A DNA stretch of 64,000 nt from Raillietiella orientalis (taxonomy: Eukaryota): assembly GCA_036172245.1 (NCBI GenBank), contig JAYWIR010000005.1, positions 62,001-126,000 of the forward strand. The letters are read 5' to 3'. Positions 12,248 to 23,236 of the stretch are shown here, piece by piece (position 1 is the stretch's first letter; the number at the start of each line of letters is the position of its first letter). The position numbers were made by a program, and so were the translations under genes. The notes beneath the pieces were generated by a model. The model was not told where the DNA came from and made no database searches. It was given only the letters and a program-made list of their open reading frames with translations.

Positions 12248-14873
12248 AATGTGACAATAGTTTAAATTAATAGAAGGATGGAGCAGAAAAAAACAAAATC
12301 AATTTTTCTTGAAAATAAAAAAAAAAAAAAAAACATAGAAGTGATTTTATTCAATTTTTTCTTCATTTTCATTTCTAATTTTCCTATTGTAGCGGCTAGG
12401 ATGATCGCATCGGAAGAAGGAAACATGATGTTTCCTTCATATGCAATTAACGGATACATCAATACCTTCAGCCAAGAGGAACGTACACGTAGCGTAAAAC
12501 ACGGTCCAAAAGATGTCTTTTCTAATTAACCCCGAGGTTGAAGTGAACCATAGAAATTATTAAAAGGATATAACAGCTGATTTAAGGTTTGATTTAAGGT
12601 TGGCTGGGATCGCGGGAAAGCAGAAAGACGCAGAATCCAAGCAGCGTGGTTTTTTGTGTAGCGTATTTATTTAATTAACCGCCAGCACTTTGCACTCGCT
12701 GGAGTCACATCTGCCGGATTTCACTTCGTCATAAACCATCATTTGCTCAATCATGCAAAAATCAGGGACATTGAAAAAGCCCCATTTTGTTTTCTTGAAC
12801 GGGAAGTTTTCTCCCGTTCAGAGTATCACGAATCATCGGCAACTCAAGGGAAAAGATTTACAAAACGTTGCGAACTTCACTATAGAATTTGATCGATTCC
12901 ATCAATGTGAATGGCTCATGGCTCATCGACGATTCGGAAATTTCCCAGGAAGTGGCATTTTGAGACATGAGATTACGCACAATTGAGAGATATTCAACTT
13001 GACTGCATCCCAAGAATGCTGCAAGCCTTCCTGTAATACTGTTGGATCCCTTATGAACTGATAATTATGAAATGCAGATGCAATCCAGTAAAAGTGTACA
13101 CAGATAAAATTTCAGGAGTAGAAACAAAAGATATCTGTATAGAGAATGCTGTACCTTTTTTTGGTTTGCGTGGTGTGTTGCAGATATCTGTATACTAAAT
13201 GAGGGTTCCAGGGAGCATTTGCCATTTGATACAGAACGAGTTGAAGCTTCTGCAAAAGTGACTGCCAAAGTGCTGAGAGCACTTCCTTGATCTCAAGAAC
13301 TCCCAGGTAACTTCCAGAGTCAGCTCTGAGAATTTCATTCCAGGAAAGTGGCATTCAAATCGCTTGAGTAATTCCCGCTTCGTTCTTCTTGCAGACCCAC
13401 TCATGATTCTTGCTATAGTTTTCAAACTGGAGCTACGGAGTGATGCCATAGGAAGAGGATCGATGGAACTCGAAGGGGACTTATTTTCGGGAAGTAACGA
13501 CAGGGTCAAAGTTTACAGTAGCAGTTGGGAGCAAGTGTCTTCTCGACTGCAAATTAGCATGCGACCTTTCGACAAGGCACAGGGATGTGAATCCATGCAC
13601 GCAGGGTGGGCTTAAAACATCCGAGTGAGAGACGGCCTAAGATGCATCGGTAACTGCAAGCGACCCATTATGACCAGGACATAAGCCCAGTCCCAAGCTG
13701 TGGCAAGAAACAGCGGCGACGAAGTAAATTTAGTACGGGAGCCTTTGTCACTGTCACAGCGACTCGGCAATGCAAGAGAAACTTCACTTTGAAAGAGTCC
13801 TTATATGAAAATGCGACCAGTAAGCAAAAATGAGGATGCTGCTGCAACCTGTAGGTATGATCTGTAGGCATGCTTTTATGGAGTAGAATGCAAACAGTGC
13901 AAGGAACCAGTCCAGAGGGAACGAGGGGCCATGGATCCAGATAGTCTGAGGCTCAGAAGCAGCATCGTCACCCCTCGTAAGTCAGCGAACCAAATGTGAA
14001 ACAGTCGTCTCGACATCGACTGGCGCAAATGAATACTAAACCAAGATTCGCAACACGGGGAAAAAACCTACTCGCAAATAAACATATAACTGAAAGCTTT
14101 TCTCTATCAAGGCTCTTAACATCCACGATGATATATTACTAGTATATATCAGAATTCTTTTCGCTTAAATGGATGAAGGCGGGGCGATGGAAAAATAAAT
14201 GTGTAGAACCAACTATGTAGCTTGACTACAACTGAATCCATTAAACCTCTGCATTACATCGAGCATGCTTAATTAGAACTGCAAATACCCCTCACTTTCA
14301 CAATAGATTTCTCACCTGTGCAGATTCAGCTCCTCTACAAATAATCACATCTCACAGGCAAGAACAGTACACATTCCGGGCACCTTTTGGTGTACTGATA
14401 CTTTTAACATTCTGGGGTCAGGCATTCTTGCATGCGTGGTAATTCCACAACAAATCTCATTTCATTCTCTTAATAAAAAACATCTACTTTTTTAACTACA
14501 TGCATGAGCTTTTGCATGCCACATACATGCAAAATTTGATAAAAAAAAAAAACTACTTAAGATACATTACATACCAAATGTAACAACAGCAAGAGCAACT
14601 TATGTAAATAGCAAAAGAATTACCACATCCAGATAATGAAATACTACCAAAAGTAGCACTTTTTCTTTATTAGATTCTAAATTATTTCAGTTTTTCTATA
14701 ATGCAAAAACAACAGAACAAATTACAACACTGTTAAGTTTTAAACATAGAAAAGGATTGCTTGGATTCCAAGTTTTTCAGCACTTATGTTTGGGATTACA
14801 TGAACACAACAATAACTTCAGTTCATAATGTAAAGTATAGTTTGGGGTTAAGATAGTTGTCTGGGGCTAAAGA

Positions 14874-16425
14874 TCAACCATATGAATGACTTTTATGTGG
14901 TTTGTTAGGATTAAATAACCATGGATCTTTCAGGAACTCTGGACTCTTCAGTAAAAATGACATTAAGCCTATAATCCAAGAATACATTATTAAACACGAT
15001 TACATCCATGCATTTATGCAGAATTTTTGATCAGTGCTATTTACAATATGGTGAGATTCACACAAATATCAATTTGGTGTAAATTCATACACACACACAC
15101 ATATATATATATATAAATTATGACAAAAAATATCCATACATGTAATCTCTGGAACTGAGATACCTTACCTGCAAGTCTTGCTTTCTTTACTTCTCTGGTA
15201 ACATTTTCATACTGTTTTGTACACAAGCCAGTAATGTGCAATGGATACAACCTCCCAGTATATGGTGATACAAACTGGGATAACAATCTAACATTTTTAT
15301 AATCCACTTGCACATTGTATTTGCAAAGAATGCACTGAATTTTTTTCCTCACATATGGATTTTCAATTGTGGGATCTGGCTAAATCAAACACAAATATAA
15401 GAAACTTTTACAAAAAACAAACAAGAATACAAAGTTTATCTTACAATTTAGATGCAAAACAATAATCTAGAGATAGATTAAAATACTAAACGAAAGGACT
15501 GATTCAGAGTTTACAATCACCTTTATGTGATTTAAAATGCAATATGCAAGAATTACCTTTATTACTAACAGAGGAACCCTTCATTTTATTTAACACAACA
15601 CTTCACAGCTTTTTATACTGTAAAGAATAGAAATTCACATAGTGGCACTTTCAACTCAAAATTAAAGTTATCATTAGAACATTTCCTGATACCGAAAAAC
15701 AACAGAGGGCTTAAAGTAGTTTATACATAAAATTAATATACATTGCATTTTGATACAAACACAACAAAGAACTTTATTAGCTAACAAACCTCTTAATATG
15801 TGAAATCACATATTAATAGACCTGAAGGCTTCTTTTGTCTCTGAATTATTGAAATTGATTGAATTTCTCTTAGATTATACAGAATGCTGAAGCTAAAATG
15901 TAACTCACAGTGCAAAAAGTAATGCAAAATAAAACAACTTTCATATTGACAATTTTTTTCTGATCATTACTGCTTAACAATTTTTTTTAAAGAATATGAA
16001 ACATGGAAGAATTGCAAACATTATACCCTTCAGGAAAAAAAAGGCCCCTTTTTGATTCTGTTGCAATAGATATAGAACCCCCCGTACCCCCGAATGCTGC
16101 TGACATACTGCATAGAGAATCAAGAATTGACAGTCCATGACAGAGAAACATTAAAAGTGGGGTGCAGAGAACAATAATTTGCTCTAACAATACCAATAAC
16201 AAAACCCCTATGCTTAAGGCATTTATTTTTTACCATGTCTTTTTCCTGTGCTTGTTCTATTTTTGATTTAATTTTTTCCAAATAGCTGGATGAACCGTCA
16301 TTGGATTTTCCTTCCAAATTTTTTGATAAATAAGTTGACATACATGCTGCACTTATGCTCTTATCATTAAAAAATGACGAAATTTTCGAATGTTTTTTTA
16401 TAAAACTGTTCAGATTTGCCTTCAT
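14874..16425 (-). CDS. MRPS18C: Mitochondrial ribosomal protein S18c (bS18m), ~165 aa. Exons 16425-16234, 15379-15169, 14968-14874
   Basis: Spliced product has a basic Ser-rich N-terminus, then EKDM|PDPTIENPYVRKKIQCILCKYNVQVDYKNVRLLSQFVSPYTGRLYPLHITGLC..VKKARLA|GLMSFLLKSPEFLKDPWLF. This gives the S18 core (CxxC, DYKN.RLL.QF.SP.TG). All junctions are GT-AG and in phase. Exon 1 is less certain than exons 2-3. Confidence 0.88.
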
Positions 16426-16455
16426 TCTAACAAGCACTACTTAACTAAGAAAGGC

Positions 16456-17170
16456 TTAATAGAATTCCTCATCTTCTGTATTATATCGAACAATATTTGG
16501 ATCAAGACCAAAATTCATTAAGAGTTCGGTTAAAGACAGTTGTTTTCCTGCTGAATCTGTATAAATTTCATGAAGATGTTTCAAAACTTCCTGACATACG
16601 TCCTGCCATTTTTTAATTAAAACTTCCAAATCATTCAAATTATGCTGAAAATAACAATAAGATGATGATGAGTGATGGATGGTGCAATTTTCAAAGTTTT
16701 AAATATTGGTGGTTTCATATTTGTATATTTTATGGGTACATCATTCATATCAGGTTACTAACAACATGATCCCTAATCATGTGGATTGTACTTTCTGGAT
16801 CCAGGCATCAGAACCTGGTTGATTTCCATCAAAGTCAACCGAATCACCACATGAATCAACACCTCGAGCTGTTGCAATAAGAAAAAAAAAGAAAAAGAAA
16901 AAAAGCAGCACGATTTTTTCAAAACAGGGAACATTTTTGGGTACATTTTTTGGGCCATTTACGTACCTTTTTCCTGTAAAAGCACACCAATTCCAGTTTC
17001 CTCAGTCGCTCTTCCTTTTGCCCGACACGCTTATGTAGCTCTTCGAGTCGCCTACGAACGGCGGACCCACTCGTGCCGGGGTCGTCGGGCAAATTCGACT
17101 TGGGTGGAGAGCAGCCGGAGTCGACGTCCGCCGGCTTTCTTTTCAGGGATGCGAGATTTCTTCTAAACAT
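16456..17170 (-). CDS. SFR1: Swi5-dependent recombination repair protein SFR1/Mei5 homolog, ~130 aa. Exons 17170-16967 and 16644-16456; a further upstream exon is possible
   Basis: KEERLRKLELVCFYRKK|HNLNDLEVLIKKWQDVCQEVL..QLSLTELLMNFGLDPNIVRYNTEDEEFY* matches the SFR1 C-terminal pattern (LRRLKLV.MYR.K..L..LIKKW..LSLTQL...GLD...Y...EEF). Donor GTACGT, acceptor TTTTCAG, phase 0. Confidence 0.85.
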
Positions 17171-19032
17171 GAAATGTTCAGAAGTGATGACCTGGAGCGG
17201 ACATCATGACTAACCACACCGCGACCCGAAGAATGTACTCCTGCAGCACGGAGGTGACTACGGGACAACCCACAATTCCTAGTGAGCCGACTACAGACAG
17301 TCATGAATCTCTCAGCACACCCCGGGACTGCGTTGGTTTCCCCTTCCGACCAGTCGGGACTGCTTCGTGTGCCCGAGATATACGGGAAGCACGTGGTCAG
17401 AAGGCCACGAAAAGGGTGCAAGAAGAGGTTGGGGTAACCACCTTCCGACTGCCTTTGAGTCTCTCTCCGCTTCGCCACACTTCTTCGGTGCACTCTGAGG
17501 TCAACTACGAAGGTCTGAACACTTTGACTAGGCACCAGTACTGCTTTCATTTTAGCTCATTGCATTTTTGGCTGCGTGGAAGAAACACTTTGTCACTTGT
17601 GTTCTGAAAAACCGCTTTCCTGTGCAAAAACGGAACGTTGGCTACAAGAAATACTCCTGACATGTAGAAACAGATTCCTATGAAGAATAAAACCGACATG
17701 GAGATTTCCACCCAAAATACTTTCATTCAAACAACTTCTATGAAAAAGAATATTTGTAAAAAAAAAATTGGGGGCAACTTGCAAAGGTAAATTCCCATTG
17801 ATAATATGGATAAGGTTTTCGTAGGACTTCTAGATAATCTAGAACGGTGAATTTTGAAAAAACATTTACTAAAATAAAAAAACAATTGTTCGTTGTATCA
17901 ATGGAAACTGAGTGACGTGAATCTCGCGGTAAAAGGTCTCAAATGATAGGTTTTGTCTATTTCCAAAACAGCATTGCCAGCTCAAAAGAGAAAAGAAACT
18001 CAAAAGAGAACCTTCACAGTTTCTGGTTTGTACGTTCTGATTTTTTTATGACGCATGCAAAGTATCTCTTACTGAATTCTTTAGGTGATGCATCCAGAAG
18101 AAAACCTGTATTCAGGATTCAGATTCATTTCCAATCCTTATTTTGTATATCAATTCTTGATTTATTTATCTATTTTAAGTTTTTGACATTATTTTAATGA
18201 CAATCTAGGCCTTGATAGCAAATTAGCTCGATCAGCTATCGAGAACATCCTTTTTAGTTTAAAGGTATTCCTTCAACAATTTTTTCCTCAAAATTTTGTA
18301 TTTGAATACAAACTGAAATATGGAATGTGACTTGCAATGACATGGAGATATAAAAGTGGCAATTCTCTTTGGTTTTAAATTGACTTTCAACTCTGATTAA
18401 TAATGTATATTTTTGAACGGATGTCTGTTGAACGGATTAACCATGACAAAATCAGAAGAATCCATCAGAGCAGCCAAAAATGTAAATACAAACGAAAAAT
18501 AAGACTGGTTCATCTCGTCATCCTTGAACACTCTTAAAATTAGTGAATCACATAAAAGCATTCCAACTGTGGATAGAAAAATAAGTATTTAACAAAAACT
18601 CCTTCAAGTACGCTGTAGTCCGCGAAGGAATGAATATAGCAATAAACTTTAAACTCCTCTAAATTTTAAGGACTGATTTCACTGAACGTAAGCCGAATGA
18701 AAGCCACACTAGGAAATGATGAAAATATGAGGGAAAATTCAAGAATGTTTATTATGTGGGAACTTGGGGAAAAAAATCATTTGAAGCCATGTCAGCTATG
18801 TCCTCTAACAAAAGTATTGGATTCTTCAAGGTGAACTTTGACTCCTAAAATGATGATAATTGAGTTTGACTGAATTCAGCATAATGCAATTTTCAAGAGC
18901 TTAGTTCCTTTCTGTATCGTGATTTTAGCTCCGTGTTTGATGACAGTGTCTTCAGTCATTGAATGCAGCCTTTCGCATTATCGATTTAGGAGTTCATATT
19001 TGTATTTCTAAAGTAATGGATTAGTTACACGA

Positions 19033-19325
19033 GTAATGGAGTTTAGGTTGACCTAGTGATGAATGTGAATTTCAGTATGCTTTAACATAAAGACGTTGCA
19101 AGAAGCTGAACCTTGGAATCTTTTTGTGCACACTCACTAACATCGCAATACTTTTTCTTCTTTTCTTAATAAGTGATCCTCCTTTTTTAAAGGAAATGAG
19201 AAATTCCATTTATGAATGAAACTTTGAGGACATTCCATATTGAAACGTGGCATGTAAACCCCTTTTTGCACTCTTGAGCCTATTATTTCCCCTTTCTAGT
19301 TTCAGGATAAATAAGTATAGTGAGT
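19033..19325 (+). repeat. Left arm of a ~290-bp inverted repeat (partner 22941-23236)
   Basis: For example CTAGTGATGAATGTGAATTTCAGTATGCTTTAACATAAAGAC and ATACTTTTTCTTCTTTTCTTAATAAGT both recur as reverse complements near 23.1-23.2 kb. Confidence 0.88.
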
Positions 19326-20549
19326 AACAATAATTCACAGCCTTTACAGTTCTTTCGTCAAAACGTTTCCTTACATATGTTCCAGATTACAAATTCAGGA
19401 ATGTTGAATTTTGATGTAAATTATTCGAAGCTGTTGAAATGAGGGTAATAAGGTTCGCTTGCGGTAAATAAATTTGCAAAATATTAATTGTGACAGACAG
19501 TTAATGAAAATATCCAGTATAATGTAAGTAAACTGCACTGTGAAATTACGGTGGCAGACATTGATTCTGTGGTATCTAGAAAAAGGCAATAGAAGAAGCG
19601 TCTAATTTTAAAAATATATATATATATTTAAAATATGCTTATTACTACTTTAAGTCTGTCTTGATCTTTTCCTCTTTCTTTTGCTCGTATCATCTTAGTG
19701 TCATTAGCAAACATCTCATTTTGTTCCTCAGCTCTCGTGTTTTTTTCTCTACAGCTACAGTATCTGTGAGGAGTTGATTTCTTTCTGCTTCCAAATCTCG
19801 AATCTTCTTCGATTCCATTCAGGCCTCCAGTGGAGATGGTTTCCCGGCTCTTATGTATCTCGGGTAAGCCCATTAATGTTCGTTTCCATAACGTATGATC
19901 ATATATAGTATCGCCAAATCTCAGTTTTCGTCAAACCAGCTAAATATACAGACTTGAATTAATATTGACGTTCTATTTATGAAACTTCTAAATATATGAA
20001 ATCTATTGGAATCAGGACAAAATCTTCGAATTTACCCAGCCCAGGATTACGATAGAAAATGAGTTAATTATCACAAAGTCTGAAAATGCAATCCATTCAT
20101 CGACGTCAAACTTGAAATAAATCTACGATATTCTTTTAACACATCACTCTCCCTGAGGTTCTTTGGATTTTTCTGTTTACTATGTGAAAGAATTCTTAGA
20201 AACGTGGAAAAAGGTACAAAAGGAAAGAAAGTCTGGGGTGGAAGGACGGAGACCTTTTCTCCTACATCTTTTGATTGGAAGCACACTTCGTCACTACTAC
20301 TACTTTAGTGGTCATCAATTCACAAGAGTTCGAAAGTTCTGCTCAAGCACTGTGAATCCTCAATTCCCGATTCTGATGATTTCTTGCAAACAGAGCTGTT
20401 ATAAAATCCAAATTAAGTCAAGACAAACACATGAGGATCGAGAGAAGAAACGCAATTAATCGAATGATTCCCATTTCCAGCCATACCACTACTTCTAGGG
20501 ATTGGCCATCAATCGGCTCCAGGATATCTAGAGAGGATGTGCCATCCGC

Positions 20550-21070
20550 ATATCTTGCTGGTCTTTCTTTACAGAGACCCACTTTGTATAGTCTTCATGT
20601 TGCTCGTAGAGTTCGTATTGGCACTTCTAGGAGGGTTTGATGGGTTGTCTCTAAAAAGTTATCATGGTTAGCTTATCGCATACTTCATAATGTCATACCA
20701 TACTTGGCACGCACTGCTTTTGAGAATCCACAAGTGTTTCTGCAGTATGTTCACAAAGAATCTTTTGAGAGCCTTTTGGAACTTTTTTTATGAGAAGAGC
20801 ACTTGGGAAATGCACCTATTTGCTCTACTTCCCATTACGTCATTTCATCCAACTTCATCATCATCCAACTTCCACATCTACAAACACCTACAAACTACAA
20901 ACACCACCACACCTACAAACATTCTTATGTGGCAAATTAAAGAAAATGTCACAGTCACCTTATAATCCACCCCGACCACGCCCATCGTAATTCTCATCAG
21001 ATTAAACCTAACAATTCCATATCTAAACTTCCTAAATGGTCGCACCAACCCATAACTTCCTAATTTCTTT
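20550..21070 (+). mobile_element. Possible highly degenerate LINE C-terminal (zf-RVT) remnant
   Basis: SWLAYRILHNVIP, then across frameshifts KCFC..AFWN..STW..ILMWQIK, resembling the zf-RVT region. Confidence 0.35.
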
Positions 21071-21579
21071 ATATAACCCTTGCAAGAGTCATTGAATCAT
21101 AGGAAACAGATTTGACATGAGTCTTCATCAATTAGTTTTTTATGATGCGGTTTTGTATTTAAGCATCTGGCATCCCTCATAGCTTCATTCTGCAGGATTC
21201 ATAAGATTTTATTGATTTGGATAGCAATCTTCACTTCTTTACTGTTTTTTTGTAGACATAAAAACTTGAATATTGGTTTTTATTTTCCTTTTTTTTTAAC
21301 CCTCCCATTACTCTTTTATGATACCTGCATGAGCATTTAAGTGTTTGAAAATTCTTCATTTTTATATCGCATTTGCAGAGTGGTGAAAATGCTTTCTTGT
21401 GACAGTAACTTAGATATAGGCGCAGAAGAATGGCGATTTGCCTAGCGAATTATTTAACGTCCACTTCAAAAGGGAAAAAAAAACCACAATGGATTTCAAT
21501 GCTCAACCGCTTCTTATGGAAAAATGGAGAACGCATAACGACTGCGGTGGACGGTGGTGCAGGGAGGCGACATCCATTT

Positions 21580-22700
21580 CCACCGGACGCGCCGGGGCGT
21601 TTATTTCCAGAATAAACGTATTACAAGAACTGTGTGGTTGGACCACGGGTCCAACCACGCACAATTTAATGGAGACTTGTCGGGTCACCGGTTCTCAGTC
21701 TGGCGCGGCCCACCACGGCAGCAGAGCGGAGGGGACAAACAAAAAGAAATAAAAAAATGAAGATACATACCCGTTGGGGGGGTGCGGGAAGGGATCATGT
21801 TCTGCTATTGGCGGTCCGGTCCATCTTCCGTAGGATGTCGGCAAGGTCTTGCTGGATATTTCTTTCCAGGTGGGGCCATCGCGTTGCTATCCCGACGAAG
21901 TGGATGACATCCCAATCGCTGGGTCCTCCTGTTGCTTTGCTCCATACAGCGACGATCGCTGGTAGGCGGCACTGGACTGTCAGCGAGGCCTCTGGCCGAA
22001 GGGCATCGCGAACGAAGAGGGGTTTCAAAGCGTCCCTGGAGTTGCCTCCGGGGGTTCCAAGGGTCGAGGCAAAGAGTCCTCTAAGGGGCCGGAGGGCAGC
22101 ACAGTCCACTAGCAGGTGGGGGAGGGATTCACCCCTGCACCTGACACAGTTGGGATCCACATACATTCGCGTCCCGTGATGACGGCGGGCGTTGCACGGG
22201 GGGCCCCAGTGTGGCAGCAACAGCGCCGATTCCTGCCACTTCAAGGGGAGGGTGTGGGTGTCCACAAGCACCAGGGGCCAATTCAGGTGTTCCAACGGAA
22301 CATCCAGTAGCTCGTTCCAGAGGGAGAGACCGTGGGGTGGTATACTCGGGGTCGCAGCGTCGGTGAACTGACCCGTCTTCCACTCACCCAGCAGCCCTCT
22401 CTCCCTTCCGGAGGTGGTTACCTTAACTTCCCATTTCGCCACGATGCTGCTGCTTGGGTGTTCCCTAAGGGAGGGCAGCGCTCGACGAAGGAAGTTCTTC
22501 CTGCCCACTCGCTTTTTCCGGGATCCTCCAGGATCTCCCGAAGCGTGCAGCGGTTGTTGCGCACGAACAGGAACCGGCTCTCCTGTTCCGTGCGCTGCTC
22601 CTGGTTCCTCGGCCACCTGCGCAAGGCAGGAGATCCTGTAACCAGTTCGTGTAGCGGCAGGAGATCCATCCCGTTTTCTTCCTCGTCAGACTGGCCACCC
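21580..22700 (-). mobile_element. LINE 3'-end fragment, family B copy 1 (zf-RVT + 3' UTR)
   Basis: TLREILED..PNCVRCRGESLPHLLVDC..LFVRDAL..RWPHL..DLADILRKM. It aligns with 36114-37180 and 56860-57930 through the ORF, the T-rich tract, a hairpin and the AATAAACGCCCCGG end. Confidence 0.8.
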
Positions 22701-22940
22701 GCCGAAGCTGCAATCCTCAATGGGGAAGGCGACATCGAAGGTTGAGAACAAATGGTCAGATGGTTAAGAAAACAGTCAAGTCCTAGCTGTGCCACTGCGT
22801 TTTTATTCTATATGCGTATGTCCTCGGCATGCCATCAAAGTGTATACTGTATAAATAAAATGAATTTTAATGGATCGGAAACTCCCGGTTTTGAAATCAA
22901 ATCCTACTCTTATGCTAAAGTAATCGTACTCGTAAGTAAA

Positions 22941-23236
22941 ACTCCACTATACCTATTTATCCTGCAACTAGAAAAGGGAAATAATAACGCTCAAGAGTGC
23001 AAAGGGGTTTATATGCCACCTTTCAATATGGAATTTCTTTGAAGTTTCATTCATAGGTGGAATTTCTATCTGATTGAGGGAAGTGAGGATTACTTATTAA
23101 GAAAAGAAGAAAAAGTATCGCAATGTTGGTGAGTGGGCACAGATAACTTCCAAGGTTCAGCTTCTTACAAGTCTTTATGTTAAAGCATACTGAAATTCAC
23201 ATTCATCACTAGATCGACCTGAACTTCCAGTTTTAC
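22941..23236 (-). repeat. Right arm of the ~290-bp inverted repeat
   Basis: The reverse complement aligns colinearly with 19033-19325 (roughly 85% identity by eye). Confidence 0.88.

Noticed and set aside
13100..14450. Possible gene or TE remnant between the peroxidase and MRPS18C
   Set aside because: Frames are short and interrupted, with no recognisable motif or consistent exon chain.
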